Positions 17,475-26,642 of a stretch of 32,557 nucleotides of DNA are shown piece after piece. The position numbers and the translations under genes are program-made. Each line of letters opens with the position of its first letter. Within the stretch, counting starts at the first letter, position 1. This DNA comes from an uncultured euryarchaeote (GTDB lineage Archaea > Thermoplasmatota > Poseidoniia > Poseidoniales > Poseidoniaceae). A model generated the notes under the pieces. It saw only the letters and a list, made by a program, of their open reading frames with translations. It was not told the origin of the DNA and searched no databases. The stretch is taken from positions 1 through 32,557 of the forward strand of contig CALBRH010000039.1 in assembly GCA_937899865.1 (NCBI GenBank), read 5' to 3'.

Positions 17475-17490
17475 CGAACCACTCATATAC
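17475..17490 (+). promoter_or_regulatory. Putative BRE/TATA-like promoter of the ribosomal superoperon
   Basis: CGA-N5-TCATATA ending about 31 nt before the structured leader begins. Confidence 0.45.
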
Positions 17491-17520
17491 CAAAGGTAAG
17501 TCGGATGGATGCTCAAAGGT

Positions 17521-17650
17521 GAGTAGCCAGACACAATGGGCCATCCCCCGAGGACCCCAATAGTCTCGTTCCGCAATCGTCGGAAAGGGGCGCAGTGTCA
17601 CGGCTACTCCTGTCCTGAGAGCCCTCGTACGCCCTCTCGGTGGGGCCCCT
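17521..17650 (+). ncRNA. Candidate structured cis-regulatory 5' leader of the rpl3 operon
   Basis: 83 of 130 nt are G/C (64%) in an AT-rich genome. Stems GAGTAGCC/GGCTACTC, GACAC/GTGTC, CCCC/GGGG, TTCCG/CGGAA, CTGAGAG/CTCTCGG. Confidence 0.6.
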
Positions 17651-17678
17651 GCGTTGTAGAAATAATGGAGGAATCCGA

Positions 17679-18698
17679 ATGGCGAAGAGAAGTCACCCAC
17701 GAAGAGGTTCGATGGCATTTAGCCCGCGAAAGCGTGCTAGACGTCCATTTGGACATGTTAAGTCGTGGCCAAAAACCGAAGCGAGCGAAGTTAGAATACA
17801 AGGATTTGCTGGATGGAAAGCCGGCATGACACACATTTTAGCTCGTGATTTAAACCCAAGAAGCCCATCTGCAGGTCAAGAAACAAGAATTCCTGTTACT
17901 GTAGTAGAATGTCCTAAGATGAGAATTTTAGGTGTTCGTGGATATCAAATGACTCCTTACGGAAAGCAAGCCGTAGGTGAAGCATGGGCTGATGCAGGAC
18001 AAATTGCAGATGCATTTAGCGACCTTTTCAAGAGGTTGCCAGAGCGTAAAGAGCACGATGCAGAGAAGCATTTTGAAAACTTAGAAAATTCAGATTTGTG
18101 TGAAGTACGTATGATCGTAGCTACTCAACCAAGCCAAATCTCTAGTGTCCCAACTAAGATTCCAGATGTTATGGAAATTGGATTAGATGGTGGAACCAGC
18201 AGTGAACAATTAAATTTCGTCAAAGAAAAACTAGGGGAAGAATTTTCTTTCGCTGATTGCTTTGAAGAAGGAGGATTAACAGACATTGTTGCAGTAACCA
18301 AAGGATACGGATGGCAAGGTGTTATCCGAAGATTCGGTGGAAAACTTCAATCACACAAGAACTCCAAGAAGCGAAGACAACATGGTAACATGGGTGACTT
18401 TGGTACTGGATATGTTCGTAAGACAATTAGACAAGGTGGTCAAACTGGATATCACCAAAGAACTGAGTATAACAAGAGAATCCTTAGAGTTGCTAACCCT
18501 GAAGAACACTCAATCACACCTGCTGGCGGTTTCCTACATTATGGAGAAGTAAAGTCAGACTATATCCTAGTAAAGGGTAGTGTTCCAGGTCCTTCAAAGA
18601 GATTGATTAGATTTAGAGATCCTACAAGAGGATCAGACAAGACTCTACATGATTATGAAATCACTTATGTGAGTACCGCATCCAAGCAGGGGGCCTGA
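17679..18698 (+). CDS. rpl3: 50S ribosomal protein uL3
   Basis: MAKRSHPRRGSMAF.PRKRA, GWKAGMTH, KGYGWQGVIRRFG, GYHQRTEYNKRI. SD GGAGGA at 17667. Confidence 0.97.
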   Translation: MAKRSHPRRGSMAFSPRKRARRPFGHVKSWPKTEASEVRIQGFAGWKAGMTHILARDLNPRSPSAGQETRIPVTVVECPKMRILGVRGYQMTPYGKQAVGEAWADAGQIADAFSDLFKRLPERKEHDAEKHFENLENSDLCEVRMIVATQPSQISSVPTKIPDVMEIGLDGGTSSEQLNFVKEKLGEEFSFADCFEEGGLTDIVAVTKGYGWQGVIRRFGGKLQSHKNSKKRRQHGNMGDFGTGYVRKTIRQGGQTGYHQRTEYNKRILRVANPEEHSITPAGGFLHYGEVKSDYILVKGSVPGPSKRLIRFRDPTRGSDKTLHDYEITYVSTASKQGA

Positions 18699-18700
18699 AG

Positions 18701-19582
18701 ATGAAAGTTGCTGTAAAGGATATTACCAATACAATTAGCGCTGATGAACTCGATGCAGGTCGTTTGCAAGACACCTTTGATATTTCTGTCAAAAACGGTT
18801 CAAAGGTAACTCTACCAGGTTCGTTTGCAACTCCACTTAGAGAGGATTTAGTTAAGTTAGCAGTGGCATCAAGCCGTGCTAATAGAAGACAACCTTACGG
18901 TTCAAGACCTCACGAAGGAAAGAAGAGACCAATGGCAGGTATGAAACATTCAGTTGAATGGTGGGGCAAGGGACGAGGTGTCTCAAGAATCATGCGAAGA
19001 ACTGGTCAGCGAAGAGGTGCTCAAAACCCACACACATTAGGTGGTAGAAGAGCCCATGGTCCAAAGGTTGAGAAGAATTGGGGCAGAAAGTTGAATCAAA
19101 AAGAGCGCAGACTTGCAAGAGATTCCGCTCTTGCTGCAAGCACTGATATGGATATGGTAAGTTCTCGTGGCCACAGAGTTTCAGAAGATGTTGACGCTTT
19201 GCCAATTATTCTTGGAAATTATGTTGAAGTTAGAGACGGTAAGTCACAAGAGTTCGATATAGAATCTTTCAATCATGGTTCTGCAACAAGAAAAGTTCTT
19301 GCAATCTTTAACGAGCTTGGACTTGGAGATGACTTGCAGAGAGCTAGAGACGGAAGAAAAATCCGTGCAGGAAAAGCAACAATGCGAGGTAGAGTTCACA
19401 AGACTCCAAAGTCAGTATTGCTTGTTGTTAAGGAAAAGTCAGGTTTGGCTCAAGCAGCAAGAAATCTACCGGGTGTAGATGTTGTAGCTGCTAAGGATCT
19501 AAACGCAGAGGACCTCGCTCCAGGTGGCGATGTCGGCAGACTTACAGTATTTACAAAATCAGCATTGGAGGAACTCAACTGA
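18701..19582 (+). CDS. rpl4: 50S ribosomal protein uL4
   Basis: WGKGRGVSRIMR, GGRRAHGPK, AGKATMRGR, LAPGGDVGRLTVFT. Confidence 0.96.
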   Translation: MKVAVKDITNTISADELDAGRLQDTFDISVKNGSKVTLPGSFATPLREDLVKLAVASSRANRRQPYGSRPHEGKKRPMAGMKHSVEWWGKGRGVSRIMRRTGQRRGAQNPHTLGGRRAHGPKVEKNWGRKLNQKERRLARDSALAASTDMDMVSSRGHRVSEDVDALPIILGNYVEVRDGKSQEFDIESFNHGSATRKVLAIFNELGLGDDLQRARDGRKIRAGKATMRGRVHKTPKSVLLVVKEKSGLAQAARNLPGVDVVAAKDLNAEDLAPGGDVGRLTVFTKSALEELN

Positions 19583-19592
19583 GGTGATAATT

Positions 19593-19850
19593 ATGAATGC
19601 ATACGATATAATCATACAACCATGGCTAACTGAAAAATCCATGGAAGCTAGATCAACTCAACAAAGACTTGAGTTTATTGTAAGAAGAAGTGCATCAAAG
19701 GCTGATATTGCTAAAGCAGTTGAAACAATTTTCGATGTAGAAGTAGACAAGGTCAATGTAAGAAACAGCAAGCATGGTAAGCATGCATCTGTTAAACTTG
19801 CAGAAGGCTATGATGCAGAAGATGCTGCAATGCGTCTAGGAGCATTCTGA
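19593..19850 (+). CDS. rpl23: 50S ribosomal protein uL23
   Basis: IIQPWLTEKS, FIVRRSASKADIAKAVE, KVNV. Start moved to ATG 19593 after the GAGGTGA SD. Confidence 0.96.
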   Translation: MNAYDIIIQPWLTEKSMEARSTQQRLEFIVRRSASKADIAKAVETIFDVEVDKVNVRNSKHGKHASVKLAEGYDAEDAAMRLGAF

Positions 19851-19859
19851 GGTGATAAT

Positions 19860-20576
19860 ATGGGTAAGAGAATACGTGCACAGAGAAAGGGTTCATCCCC
19901 AAGATACCGTGTGGCTAGCCACAGATTCCCAGGTTCTAATCGAATGCCAAGAGAAAATGGCATCGTTGGAGAGGTTACTGAATTGATTCACAGTCCAGTA
20001 CACACCGCACCTTTAGCAAGACTAAAACTACCTGATGGGGAATCAACTTTAGTTGTTGCAACCGAAGGTTTGTCTGTAGGCAGTAATGTTGCAGTCGGCG
20101 AAAATGTTTCACTAAAACCTGGAAATATCACCAATATTGGCAGTATTCCAGAAGGTACAGCAATCAATAATCTAGAATTGCGCCCAGGTGACGGTGGTAA
20201 AGTTGCTAGATCTGCAGGAAACTCCTGCTATGTTGAAGCTAAGATTGGCGATAAAGTTCGTATTAGAATGCCATCGGGTGCTCTAAAAGAATTATCATCA
20301 GATTGCCGTGCTACTATCGGTGTGCTTGCAGGTCATGGAAGAGACGAAATGCCTCTAAGAACTGCTGGTGCAGCATATTACAAGGCCAAAGCAAGAGGAA
20401 AACTGTACCCACATGTTAGTGGTGTTGCAATGAATCCAGTCGACCACCCTCACGGTGGTGGAAATCACCAAGCAGTTCACGGACCGAATTCAGTGGCTCG
20501 TGGAACTCCTCCTGGTGCTAAGGTTGGAATTATTGCTCCAAGAAGAACCGGTAGAGGCCGTGGAAAGAAAGTTTGA
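19860..20576 (+). CDS. rpl2: 50S ribosomal protein uL2
   Basis: MGKRIRAQRKG, GVAMNPVDHPHGGG. Confidence 0.98.
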   Translation: MGKRIRAQRKGSSPRYRVASHRFPGSNRMPRENGIVGEVTELIHSPVHTAPLARLKLPDGESTLVVATEGLSVGSNVAVGENVSLKPGNITNIGSIPEGTAINNLELRPGDGGKVARSAGNSCYVEAKIGDKVRIRMPSGALKELSSDCRATIGVLAGHGRDEMPLRTAGAAYYKAKARGKLYPHVSGVAMNPVDHPHGGGNHQAVHGPNSVARGTPPGAKVGIIAPRRTGRGRGKKV

Positions 20577-20587
20577 GGTGAGATAAT

Positions 20588-21079
20588 ATGGGACGAAAGA
20601 AGAAGAAGTCGTTTATGACTCCAAAAGCCAGTAGAAGAAAGGCAAGAAAGCGCTTGTCAACTACTACTGGTCGTGTCAAGAAAGAATTCACATACCGTGG
20701 TTTCAGCATGGAAGATTTATCTCAAATGGAATTGTGGCCATCTGAAAATTCTGAAACATCAATCATTGAACTATTGCCTTCAAGAGCAAGAAGATCAATC
20801 GGCCGAGGAATGTCCAAGGAAAATGAGCATTTCCTTGCTAGAATGCGTAGAGGTAATTCCAATACCGTTAGAACACACAGAAGAGATATGCCAATCCTTC
20901 CTGAATTTGTCGGTAGAAGAATAGCAATTTACAACGGACAAAATTTCGTTGAAATCGATATCAAGCCTGAGATGATTGGGCACTATTTAGGTGAGTTTGC
21001 ATTGACAAGAAAGGGTGTAGCTCACAGCGGTCCAGGTGTAGGTGCTACACGTTCATCAAAGCACGTTGCATTGAAGTGA
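20588..21079 (+). CDS. rps19: 30S ribosomal protein uS19
   Basis: FTYRG, RTHRRDMPILPEFVG, MIGHYLGEF. Confidence 0.97.
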   Translation: MGRKKKKSFMTPKASRRKARKRLSTTTGRVKKEFTYRGFSMEDLSQMELWPSENSETSIIELLPSRARRSIGRGMSKENEHFLARMRRGNSNTVRTHRRDMPILPEFVGRRIAIYNGQNFVEIDIKPEMIGHYLGEFALTRKGVAHSGPGVGATRSSKHVALK

Positions 21080-21089
21080 GGTGAATAAT

Positions 21090-21686
21090 ATGGTAAAGCA
21101 AAGACAAATGGATAGAAGAACAAAGAGGAGACAATTGCCTCAAAAGGGATTCACCCAATTACTTCAAGGAAGCAGAATTGCTTCTGCAAGAGCAGTAAAT
21201 GTAGATATGCATGCTAAGCATTGTTTTGAAGTGTGCCGTGCAGTAAAGAATATGACTGCAGGTAATGCAATTAACTATCTAAATGAAGTATTGAGAATTG
21301 ACTCTGATAGAGCAGATATTCGAAGGAAGGCAGCAGCAGTTCCTTATCGACTTGGAAGTGGAAACAAGAAGCGTAAGCGAAGTGGACCTTCTATGGTTGG
21401 TCACCGAAAGGGTGGAGTAGGACCAGGTAGATATCCTGTTAAGGCATCTCGTGCTATCATTAAATTGATTCAAAGTGCTATGGACAACGCTAGACATCAA
21501 TACGAAGATATCGATGCAGAAGAAATGGAAATTACTCATATCGCTGCACATCGCGGTCAAATTAGAAGAGGTTGGATTCCAAGAGCTAGAGGAAGAGCAA
21601 CGCCATCTAATCATTATCAAGTAAATTTGGAAATCTTCCTTGAAGACTTCAATACAGTAGACGATGAATTGGAGGATGAATTCTGA
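21090..21686 (+). CDS. rpl22: 50S ribosomal protein uL22
   Basis: KHCFEVCRAVK, GRYPVKAS, PRARGRA. ATG 21090 (the track GTG lies inside the SD). Confidence 0.96.
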   Translation: MVKQRQMDRRTKRRQLPQKGFTQLLQGSRIASARAVNVDMHAKHCFEVCRAVKNMTAGNAINYLNEVLRIDSDRADIRRKAAAVPYRLGSGNKKRKRSGPSMVGHRKGGVGPGRYPVKASRAIIKLIQSAMDNARHQYEDIDAEEMEITHIAAHRGQIRRGWIPRARGRATPSNHYQVNLEIFLEDFNTVDDELEDEF

Positions 21687-21696
21687 GGTGAATATC

Positions 21697-22371
21697 ATGA
21701 GTGGAAAACAAAGTATACTTAGAACAATTGTCAACAGAAATGTTGAGCGACAACTTGTCAAAGAGTTCCTAATGGAGAATACCAAGACTGCAGGTTTTGG
21801 TGGATTAACCATTAATCGAACTCCAAACGGAACAAGTGTCGAGATTAGAGCAGAAAAGCCAGGTAGAGTTATCGGTAAGCGTGGTAAAATAATCAATGAG
21901 TTGCAAAATAGACTTAATGATGAATTTAAATTATTCAATCCTCGATTATCTGTCGAAGAAGTTGAAAATCCAACTTTAAATGCACAAGTAATGGCTCAAA
22001 AGATCGCTTCAGCATTGGAGCGTGGATGGTATTATAGAAGAGCAGGAGCTTCTGCAGCAGTGAACATAATGGATGCTGGTGCAAGAGGAGTTATCGTAAC
22101 AGTCGCAGGTAAATTGACCGGTGCAAGAAATAGAACTCAGAAATTCATTTTGGGTCACGTCAAGTATTGTGGTGAAACTGCACTGCAATTCATGGACAAG
22201 GGATATGCTGTTGCAGTTAAGAAACTTGGAACCATCGGTGTAACCGTACAAATCATGCGTAAGGGAATTACCTTGCCACACGAAATATCAGTTTTCTCAG
22301 AAGAAGAATTGAGAATTCGTTCTGAAGCAGAAACTACAGAAGTAGAAGTTGTTGAGGAGGCGAGCGAATGA
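21697..22371 (+). CDS. rps3: 30S ribosomal protein uS3
   Basis: KPGRVIGKRG, LNAQVMA, GKLTGAR, KKLGTIGVTV. Start ATG 21697. Confidence 0.97.
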   Translation: MSGKQSILRTIVNRNVERQLVKEFLMENTKTAGFGGLTINRTPNGTSVEIRAEKPGRVIGKRGKIINELQNRLNDEFKLFNPRLSVEEVENPTLNAQVMAQKIASALERGWYYRRAGASAAVNIMDAGARGVIVTVAGKLTGARNRTQKFILGHVKYCGETALQFMDKGYAVAVKKLGTIGVTVQIMRKGITLPHEISVFSEEELRIRSEAETTEVEVVEEASE

Positions 22372-22562
22372 GTTACGTATCCAATAGAGAGATAGCAGCA
22401 ATGAGTGCTGAAGCAAGAGAAGCAAGATTGCTTGAATTGCAAGAAGAACTCCTTCAACTGCGTGCTGAGAAGTCACTTGGTGGTACTCCAGCAAGTATCG
22501 GGGCTTACAAGGCAACCAGAAGAAGTATTGCTCGATTAAAGACACATATGAACAATGGCTGA
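22368..22562 (+). CDS. rpl29: 50S ribosomal protein uL29
   Basis: EIAAMSAEAR..L.EL..EL, RRSIARLKT; expected operon position. Confidence 0.93.
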   Translation: MSYVSNREIAAMSAEAREARLLELQEELLQLRAEKSLGGTPASIGAYKATRRSIARLKTHMNNG

Positions 22563-22580
22563 TTAAGGAGAAGAGTATTC

Positions 22581-22883
22581 ATGATGAGCGGAATTTGCAA
22601 TGTTTGTGGACTACCAGATGAATTATGTATATGTCAGGAGATTGCAAAAGAACAACAATGCGCTATTTTGTCAACCGATAGAAGAAGATATGGAAAAATA
22701 GTAACAAAAGTAGAGGGTTTGGAAGATTCAGCGATAGATATCAATCAATTAGCTAAACTACTCAAAAATAAATGTGCTGCAGGTGGAACGGTAAAAGGGA
22801 GAACAATTGAACTTCAAGGAGATCACAAAAAGAAAGCAGCAGTAGTACTCAAAAATAATGGATTTAATGTGGAGGTGAGATAA
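22581..22883 (+). CDS. sui1: Translation initiation factor SUI1 homolog (aIF1)
   Basis: CNVCGLPDELCIC, RRYGKIVT, LKNKCAAGGTVK, IELQGDH. Confidence 0.95.
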   Translation: MMSGICNVCGLPDELCICQEIAKEQQCAILSTDRRRYGKIVTKVEGLEDSAIDINQLAKLLKNKCAAGGTVKGRTIELQGDHKKKAAVVLKNNGFNVEVR

Positions 22884-22885
22884 AG

Positions 22886-23143
22886 ATGAATATTTACAAT
22901 GAAAACTGGTTAGGTAGAACTCTTAATGTCATCCAGTCCAATGATGAAACACTCATTGACAAGCAAGGACTCGTTATTGATGAGACCAAGAAGACCATCA
23001 CAATTCAAGAAGATGGCAGATTTGTCAAACTTGGCAAATCGAGTATCAAATTCACAATATCCGACAGCGATGTCGTAATTGACGGGGCGTTGGTGGGTCA
23101 GCGTCCAGAAAATAGAACCCACCGAAAGTATAGGATGGCTTGA
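22886..23143 (+). CDS. rnp1: RNase P protein component 1 (Rpp29/Pop4)
   Basis: LG..LNVIQSND, GLVIDETKKT, IDGALVGQRPENR; canonical position between SUI1 and uS17. Confidence 0.88.
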   Translation: MNIYNENWLGRTLNVIQSNDETLIDKQGLVIDETKKTITIQEDGRFVKLGKSSIKFTISDSDVVIDGALVGQRPENRTHRKYRMA

Positions 23144-23147
23144 TACC

Positions 23148-23483
23148 ATGCGAGATATAGGAATAGATGTAAAACCCCCTACCGGTGAGTGGGATGGAGA
23201 TGAAAATTGCCCATTTTATGGAAGCTTACGCCTGAGAGGACAAGTTCTCGAAGGAACAGTATCCAAGGTTGGCATGCAAAAGACGATCACATTAGAAAGA
23301 AATAATGTAAGATACATGCAAAAGTATGAGCGATTCGAAAAGAGGACCAGCATACTTTCTGCTCATTTACCATCATGTATTGGTGAAGTAAATGTTGGAG
23401 ATTCTGTCAAGGTTATGGAATGTAGACCTCTATCTAAGACAGTTTCTTTCTGTGTTGTTGAAATCGATGGAGGTGAAGCCTGA
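23148..23483 (+). CDS. rps17: 30S ribosomal protein uS17
   Basis: MRDIGIDVKPP, CPFYG.L.LRG, KYERFEKR, ECRPLSKT. Start ATG 23148. Confidence 0.96.
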   Translation: MRDIGIDVKPPTGEWDGDENCPFYGSLRLRGQVLEGTVSKVGMQKTITLERNNVRYMQKYERFEKRTSILSAHLPSCIGEVNVGDSVKVMECRPLSKTVSFCVVEIDGGEA

Positions 23484-23881
23484 TGCGTGGAATTGCAGGA
23501 AAACAAACCAGAGGTCTTCCAACCTCTGCAAGACTACATGTTGCTGACAATACTGGTGCTAAAGTAGTACAAATTGTCAACATCCTAAAACTTGGAGGTA
23601 CAATGAGAAGATACCCTGCTGGTGGAGTAGGAGATATTGCTAAGGTTTCAGTCAAGAAGGGTACTCCAGATACACGAAGACAGATGTTTAACGCAGTAAT
23701 TATTCGCCAAAAGAGGCCATTTAGAAGAGTCGATGGCACATGGGTGCAGTTCGAAGATAATGCATGTGTAATTACTAACGAAAAGGGTGATGTTCAAGGT
23801 TCCGATATCAAAGGACCAGTGTCAAGAGAAGCAGCCGAGCGATGGCCACGTATTGCAGCGAATGCAAAGCAAATAGTTTGA
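23483..23881 (+). CDS. rpl14: 50S ribosomal protein uL14
   Basis: VADNTGAK, FEDNACVI, GPVSREAAERWPRIA. Confidence 0.98.
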   Translation: MRGIAGKQTRGLPTSARLHVADNTGAKVVQIVNILKLGGTMRRYPAGGVGDIAKVSVKKGTPDTRRQMFNAVIIRQKRPFRRVDGTWVQFEDNACVITNEKGDVQGSDIKGPVSREAAERWPRIAANAKQIV

Positions 23882-23890
23882 GGTGATAAT

Positions 23891-24298
23891 ATGGTAAAAA
23901 GTATGAAACCAGGAAAGCAAAGAAAGGCACACTTTAATGCTTCAATGCATGATAAGAGAAAGAGACTTTCAGCTAGATTACAATTAGAGAAGCCAGATTC
24001 TAGATTTGACGGAGTAAGAACTGTTACTGTTAGAGTCGGTGACACCGTTAAAGTTGTTAGAGGCGATTTAGCATATGGTGGTAAGAGACATGGTGGTACA
24101 AGAAATGCTGAAGCATTGACTGGATCAGTCCTTAGAGTAAATTCAAACAGTGGTAGATTGTACATTGAAGGTGCAAAAGCCAGTAAATCAGACAACAAAG
24201 AAGAAGCTGTTCCGGTTAGTGCTTCAAATGTTGTTGTTGTTAAGTTGGATGAAACTGACAAGTATAGAATCCAACAATTAACCGGTAACAGGAGTTGA
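23891..24298 (+). CDS. rpl24: 50S ribosomal protein uL24
   Basis: KPGKQRKA, VRVGDTVKVVRGD, PVSASNVVVVKL. Confidence 0.96.
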   Translation: MVKSMKPGKQRKAHFNASMHDKRKRLSARLQLEKPDSRFDGVRTVTVRVGDTVKVVRGDLAYGGKRHGGTRNAEALTGSVLRVNSNSGRLYIEGAKASKSDNKEEAVPVSASNVVVVKLDETDKYRIQQLTGNRS

Positions 24299-24303
24299 AA
24301 AAG

Positions 24304-25005
24304 ATGGGTAGCAGTAATCACTTGAAACGTTTGGCAATGCCAAGAAGTTGGCCTTTACCTCGTAAGACATCTATCTGGGTAACTAGAGCATCAGCAGGTG
24401 CACACGCACTTGAGTTGTGTATGCCAGTTAGAGTTGTTATCAGAGATGTATTGGGATATGCAAAATCAGCAAGAGAAGTCCGCCATATTCTACATAATAA
24501 CCTAGTATCAATCGATGGTAGAGTTTGCAAAGACAGCCGTAGAGGCGTTGGTTTCATGGATGTCTTAACTCTTGGAGAAGAAAATTATCGATGTATAATT
24601 GACCAAAAGGGTAGACTAAGATATAGGCCAATTTCCAAGAAAGAAGCTCAGACAAAGGTTTGCCGAATTAATGGTAAAAACACTATCAAAGGTGGAAAAA
24701 CCCAATTAAATCTCCATGATGGAAGAAATATTTTGGTTGATGATGCTACTGAATATAGTACTGGAGACTCATTGGTTCTGTCTCTACCTTCTCAGGAAAT
24801 CAAGGAACACATTAGGTTCGCTGAAGGAACTAAGTGTTACTTGACTGGTGGTGCACACGTAGGAGAATTTGCTGAAGTATCAGAATATATCGTTAAGCGT
24901 TCAAGCATGCCAAATGAAGTTCAATTCGGTGATTTTGGCACTATTATGTCAAATGTTTTTGCCATTGGAGGCGAAAAACTACCGTCAACAGAGGTGGTTG
25001 AATGA
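24304..25005 (+). CDS. rps4e: 30S ribosomal protein eS4
   Basis: HLKRLAMP, GVGFMDV, KGGKTQLNLHDGRNI. ATG 24304. Confidence 0.97.
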   Translation: MGSSNHLKRLAMPRSWPLPRKTSIWVTRASAGAHALELCMPVRVVIRDVLGYAKSAREVRHILHNNLVSIDGRVCKDSRRGVGFMDVLTLGEENYRCIIDQKGRLRYRPISKKEAQTKVCRINGKNTIKGGKTQLNLHDGRNILVDDATEYSTGDSLVLSLPSQEIKEHIRFAEGTKCYLTGGAHVGEFAEVSEYIVKRSSMPNEVQFGDFGTIMSNVFAIGGEKLPSTEVVE

Positions 25006-25526
25006 GCGAAGTTAACCCTATGATGGAACCAAGAATTTCCAAGGTATGTGTCAACATTGGTGTTGGTGAAGGTGGAGACCGATTGGTCAATGCTGAAAAC
25101 GTACTTGAAATGGTTACAGGAGTAAAACCTCAAAGAACTCTTGGTAAAATTCAGAATCGTGATTTGAAGGTAAGAGTAGGAGCTCCAATCGGTTGTAAAG
25201 CAACGATTAGGAATTCAGACAAAATCAAGCAATTCTTAACAGATGCATTTTCTTGCAGAGAGAATTTAATCCCTTCATGGAACTTTGACAGAGAAGGAAA
25301 CCTTTCTTTTGGTGTTAGAGATTACACAGATTTCCCAGGACAAAAGTATGATCCAGACATAGGAATCTATGGGATGGACATTACAGTAGTCCTCGAGCGC
25401 CCTGGTCATAGGGTTAGTCGTAGAAGAAGGGCCAAGAGTAAGATTCCTGTAAGCCACAAGGTTACAGCAGACGAATCTAGGTCTTGGTTTACAAATAATT
25501 TCAATATAGAAATTTTGGAGGAGTGA
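25002..25526 (+). CDS. rpl5: 50S ribosomal protein uL5
   Basis: [39 protein letters not shown]. Confidence 0.97.
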   Translation: MSEVNPMMEPRISKVCVNIGVGEGGDRLVNAENVLEMVTGVKPQRTLGKIQNRDLKVRVGAPIGCKATIRNSDKIKQFLTDAFSCRENLIPSWNFDREGNLSFGVRDYTDFPGQKYDPDIGIYGMDITVVLERPGHRVSRRRRAKSKIPVSHKVTADESRSWFTNNFNIEILEE

Positions 25527-25528
25527 AG

Positions 25529-25681
25529 ATGGCAAGAGATCACGGAGAGAGAATTGGACGAACAATTGGCTGCAGAAGATGCGGACGTCGTCGAGGATTG
25601 ATTAGAAGACATGGTCTAAGGCTATGCCGCCAATGTTTCAGAGAAGTAGGACCGGAAATAGGTTTCAAGAAGATGAGTTGA
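25529..25681 (+). CDS. rps14: 30S ribosomal protein uS14 (Zn-binding type), 50 aa, not in the ORF track
   Basis: Manual translation [50 protein letters not shown] has CxxC...CRQCFRE; lies between uL5 and uS8. Confidence 0.96.
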   Translation: MARDHGERIGRTIGCRRCGRRRGLIRRHGLRLCRQCFREVGPEIGFKKMS

Positions 25682-25693
25682 GGAGGAATAAGA

Positions 25694-26083
25694 ATGCAAT
25701 TTGACCCGTTAAATGATGCACTAATAAAGATGTACAACGCAGAGCAAGCAGGTAAGTTCAATGTTGAACTTTCTCCAGCTTCAAAACTGCTAGGTAATGT
25801 TCTTGAAATCATGCAAAAATCAGGCTATGTAGGAAATATCGAAAGAACAGAGGATGGCCGTGGAGGCAGTTACACTGTAGAATTGCGTGGAGCAATCAAC
25901 AGATGTGGCACAGTGAAACCACGTCACAGTGTTAGAAGACTAGAGTATGAGCAGTGGGAAACAAGATACCTTCCTGCTCAAGATTTCGGTCTACTTATTC
26001 TAACTACCAACTCTGGTGTAATGCATCACTATGATGCAAAGGATGCAAGAATAGGTGGCAAATTGCTGGCCTATGTATATTGA
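25694..26083 (+). CDS. rps8: 30S ribosomal protein uS8
   Basis: DPLNDAL..MYNAE, INRCG.VKPR, LILTTNSGVM, GGKLLAYVY. Confidence 0.97.
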   Translation: MQFDPLNDALIKMYNAEQAGKFNVELSPASKLLGNVLEIMQKSGYVGNIERTEDGRGGSYTVELRGAINRCGTVKPRHSVRRLEYEQWETRYLPAQDFGLLILTTNSGVMHHYDAKDARIGGKLLAYVY

Positions 26084-26094
26084 GGTGATTATAA

Positions 26095-26637
26095 ATGGTA
26101 AAAATCGACAGAATCGAACATATCGTAACCATCCCTGAAGGTGTAACAGCCGATTGCAGTGAAGATGGCGTCGTAACTATAACAGGTCCGAAAGGATCCT
26201 TGAGCAGAGAATTTACTAGTACTTCTGTAGCATTGTTACAAGAAGGTGGTGCTCTAATTGTTAGATCAGACTTGCCAAGAAGAAAGATGAAGGCACTTGC
26301 AGGCACTTGGAACGCTCACCTAAACAATATGGTGAAAGGAGTGACTGAGGGATTCAAGTACAACTTGAAAGCATTTTATTCTCACTTCCCAATGACTTTG
26401 GAAGTTAAGGGCAATGAGTTTGTTGTCAACAACTACTTCGGAGAAAGAGTTCCAAGAAGAGCCGATATCCTAAGTGGAGTAGAAGTCAAAGTTAACAACA
26501 AAGTTGAGGTTACAGTAACTGGTATTGACAAGGAAAATGTAGGACAGACAGCTGCTAACATCGAGCGATGTGTTGTTGTAAAGAATAGAGATAGAAGAGT
26601 ATTCCAGGATGGAATATATCTTCTTAGTAAGGAGTGA
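26095..26637 (+). CDS. rpl6: 50S ribosomal protein uL6
   Basis: GPKGSLSR, YSHFPM, NYFGERVPR, DRRVFQDGIY. Confidence 0.97.
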   Translation: MVKIDRIEHIVTIPEGVTADCSEDGVVTITGPKGSLSREFTSTSVALLQEGGALIVRSDLPRRKMKALAGTWNAHLNNMVKGVTEGFKYNLKAFYSHFPMTLEVKGNEFVVNNYFGERVPRRADILSGVEVKVNNKVEVTVTGIDKENVGQTAANIERCVVVKNRDRRVFQDGIYLLSKE

Positions 26638-26642
26638 TATAG

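Noticed and set aside
17521-17650. Leader as RNase P RNA, SRP RNA, 5S rRNA or tRNA
   Set aside because: No GAGGAAAGUCC-type P4 motif, no SRP helix-8 motif, no 5S or cloverleaf pattern on either strand by eye.
17398-17834. ORFs 17398-17718 (-), 17536-17829 (+), 17604-17834 (-) and the 13-aa extension of rpl3
   Set aside because: They arise from the GC-rich leader having few stops. No recognisable protein, they overlap rpl3, and a good SD sits before ATG 17679.
20588-20690. Basic N-terminal extension of uS19
   Set aside because: Similar extensions are, as I recall, usual in Thermoplasmatota uS19; not distinctive.
21279-24321. Long antisense ORFs (21279-21938, 23794-24321 and similar)
   Set aside because: Mirror frames of highly conserved ribosomal protein genes, with no independent motifs.
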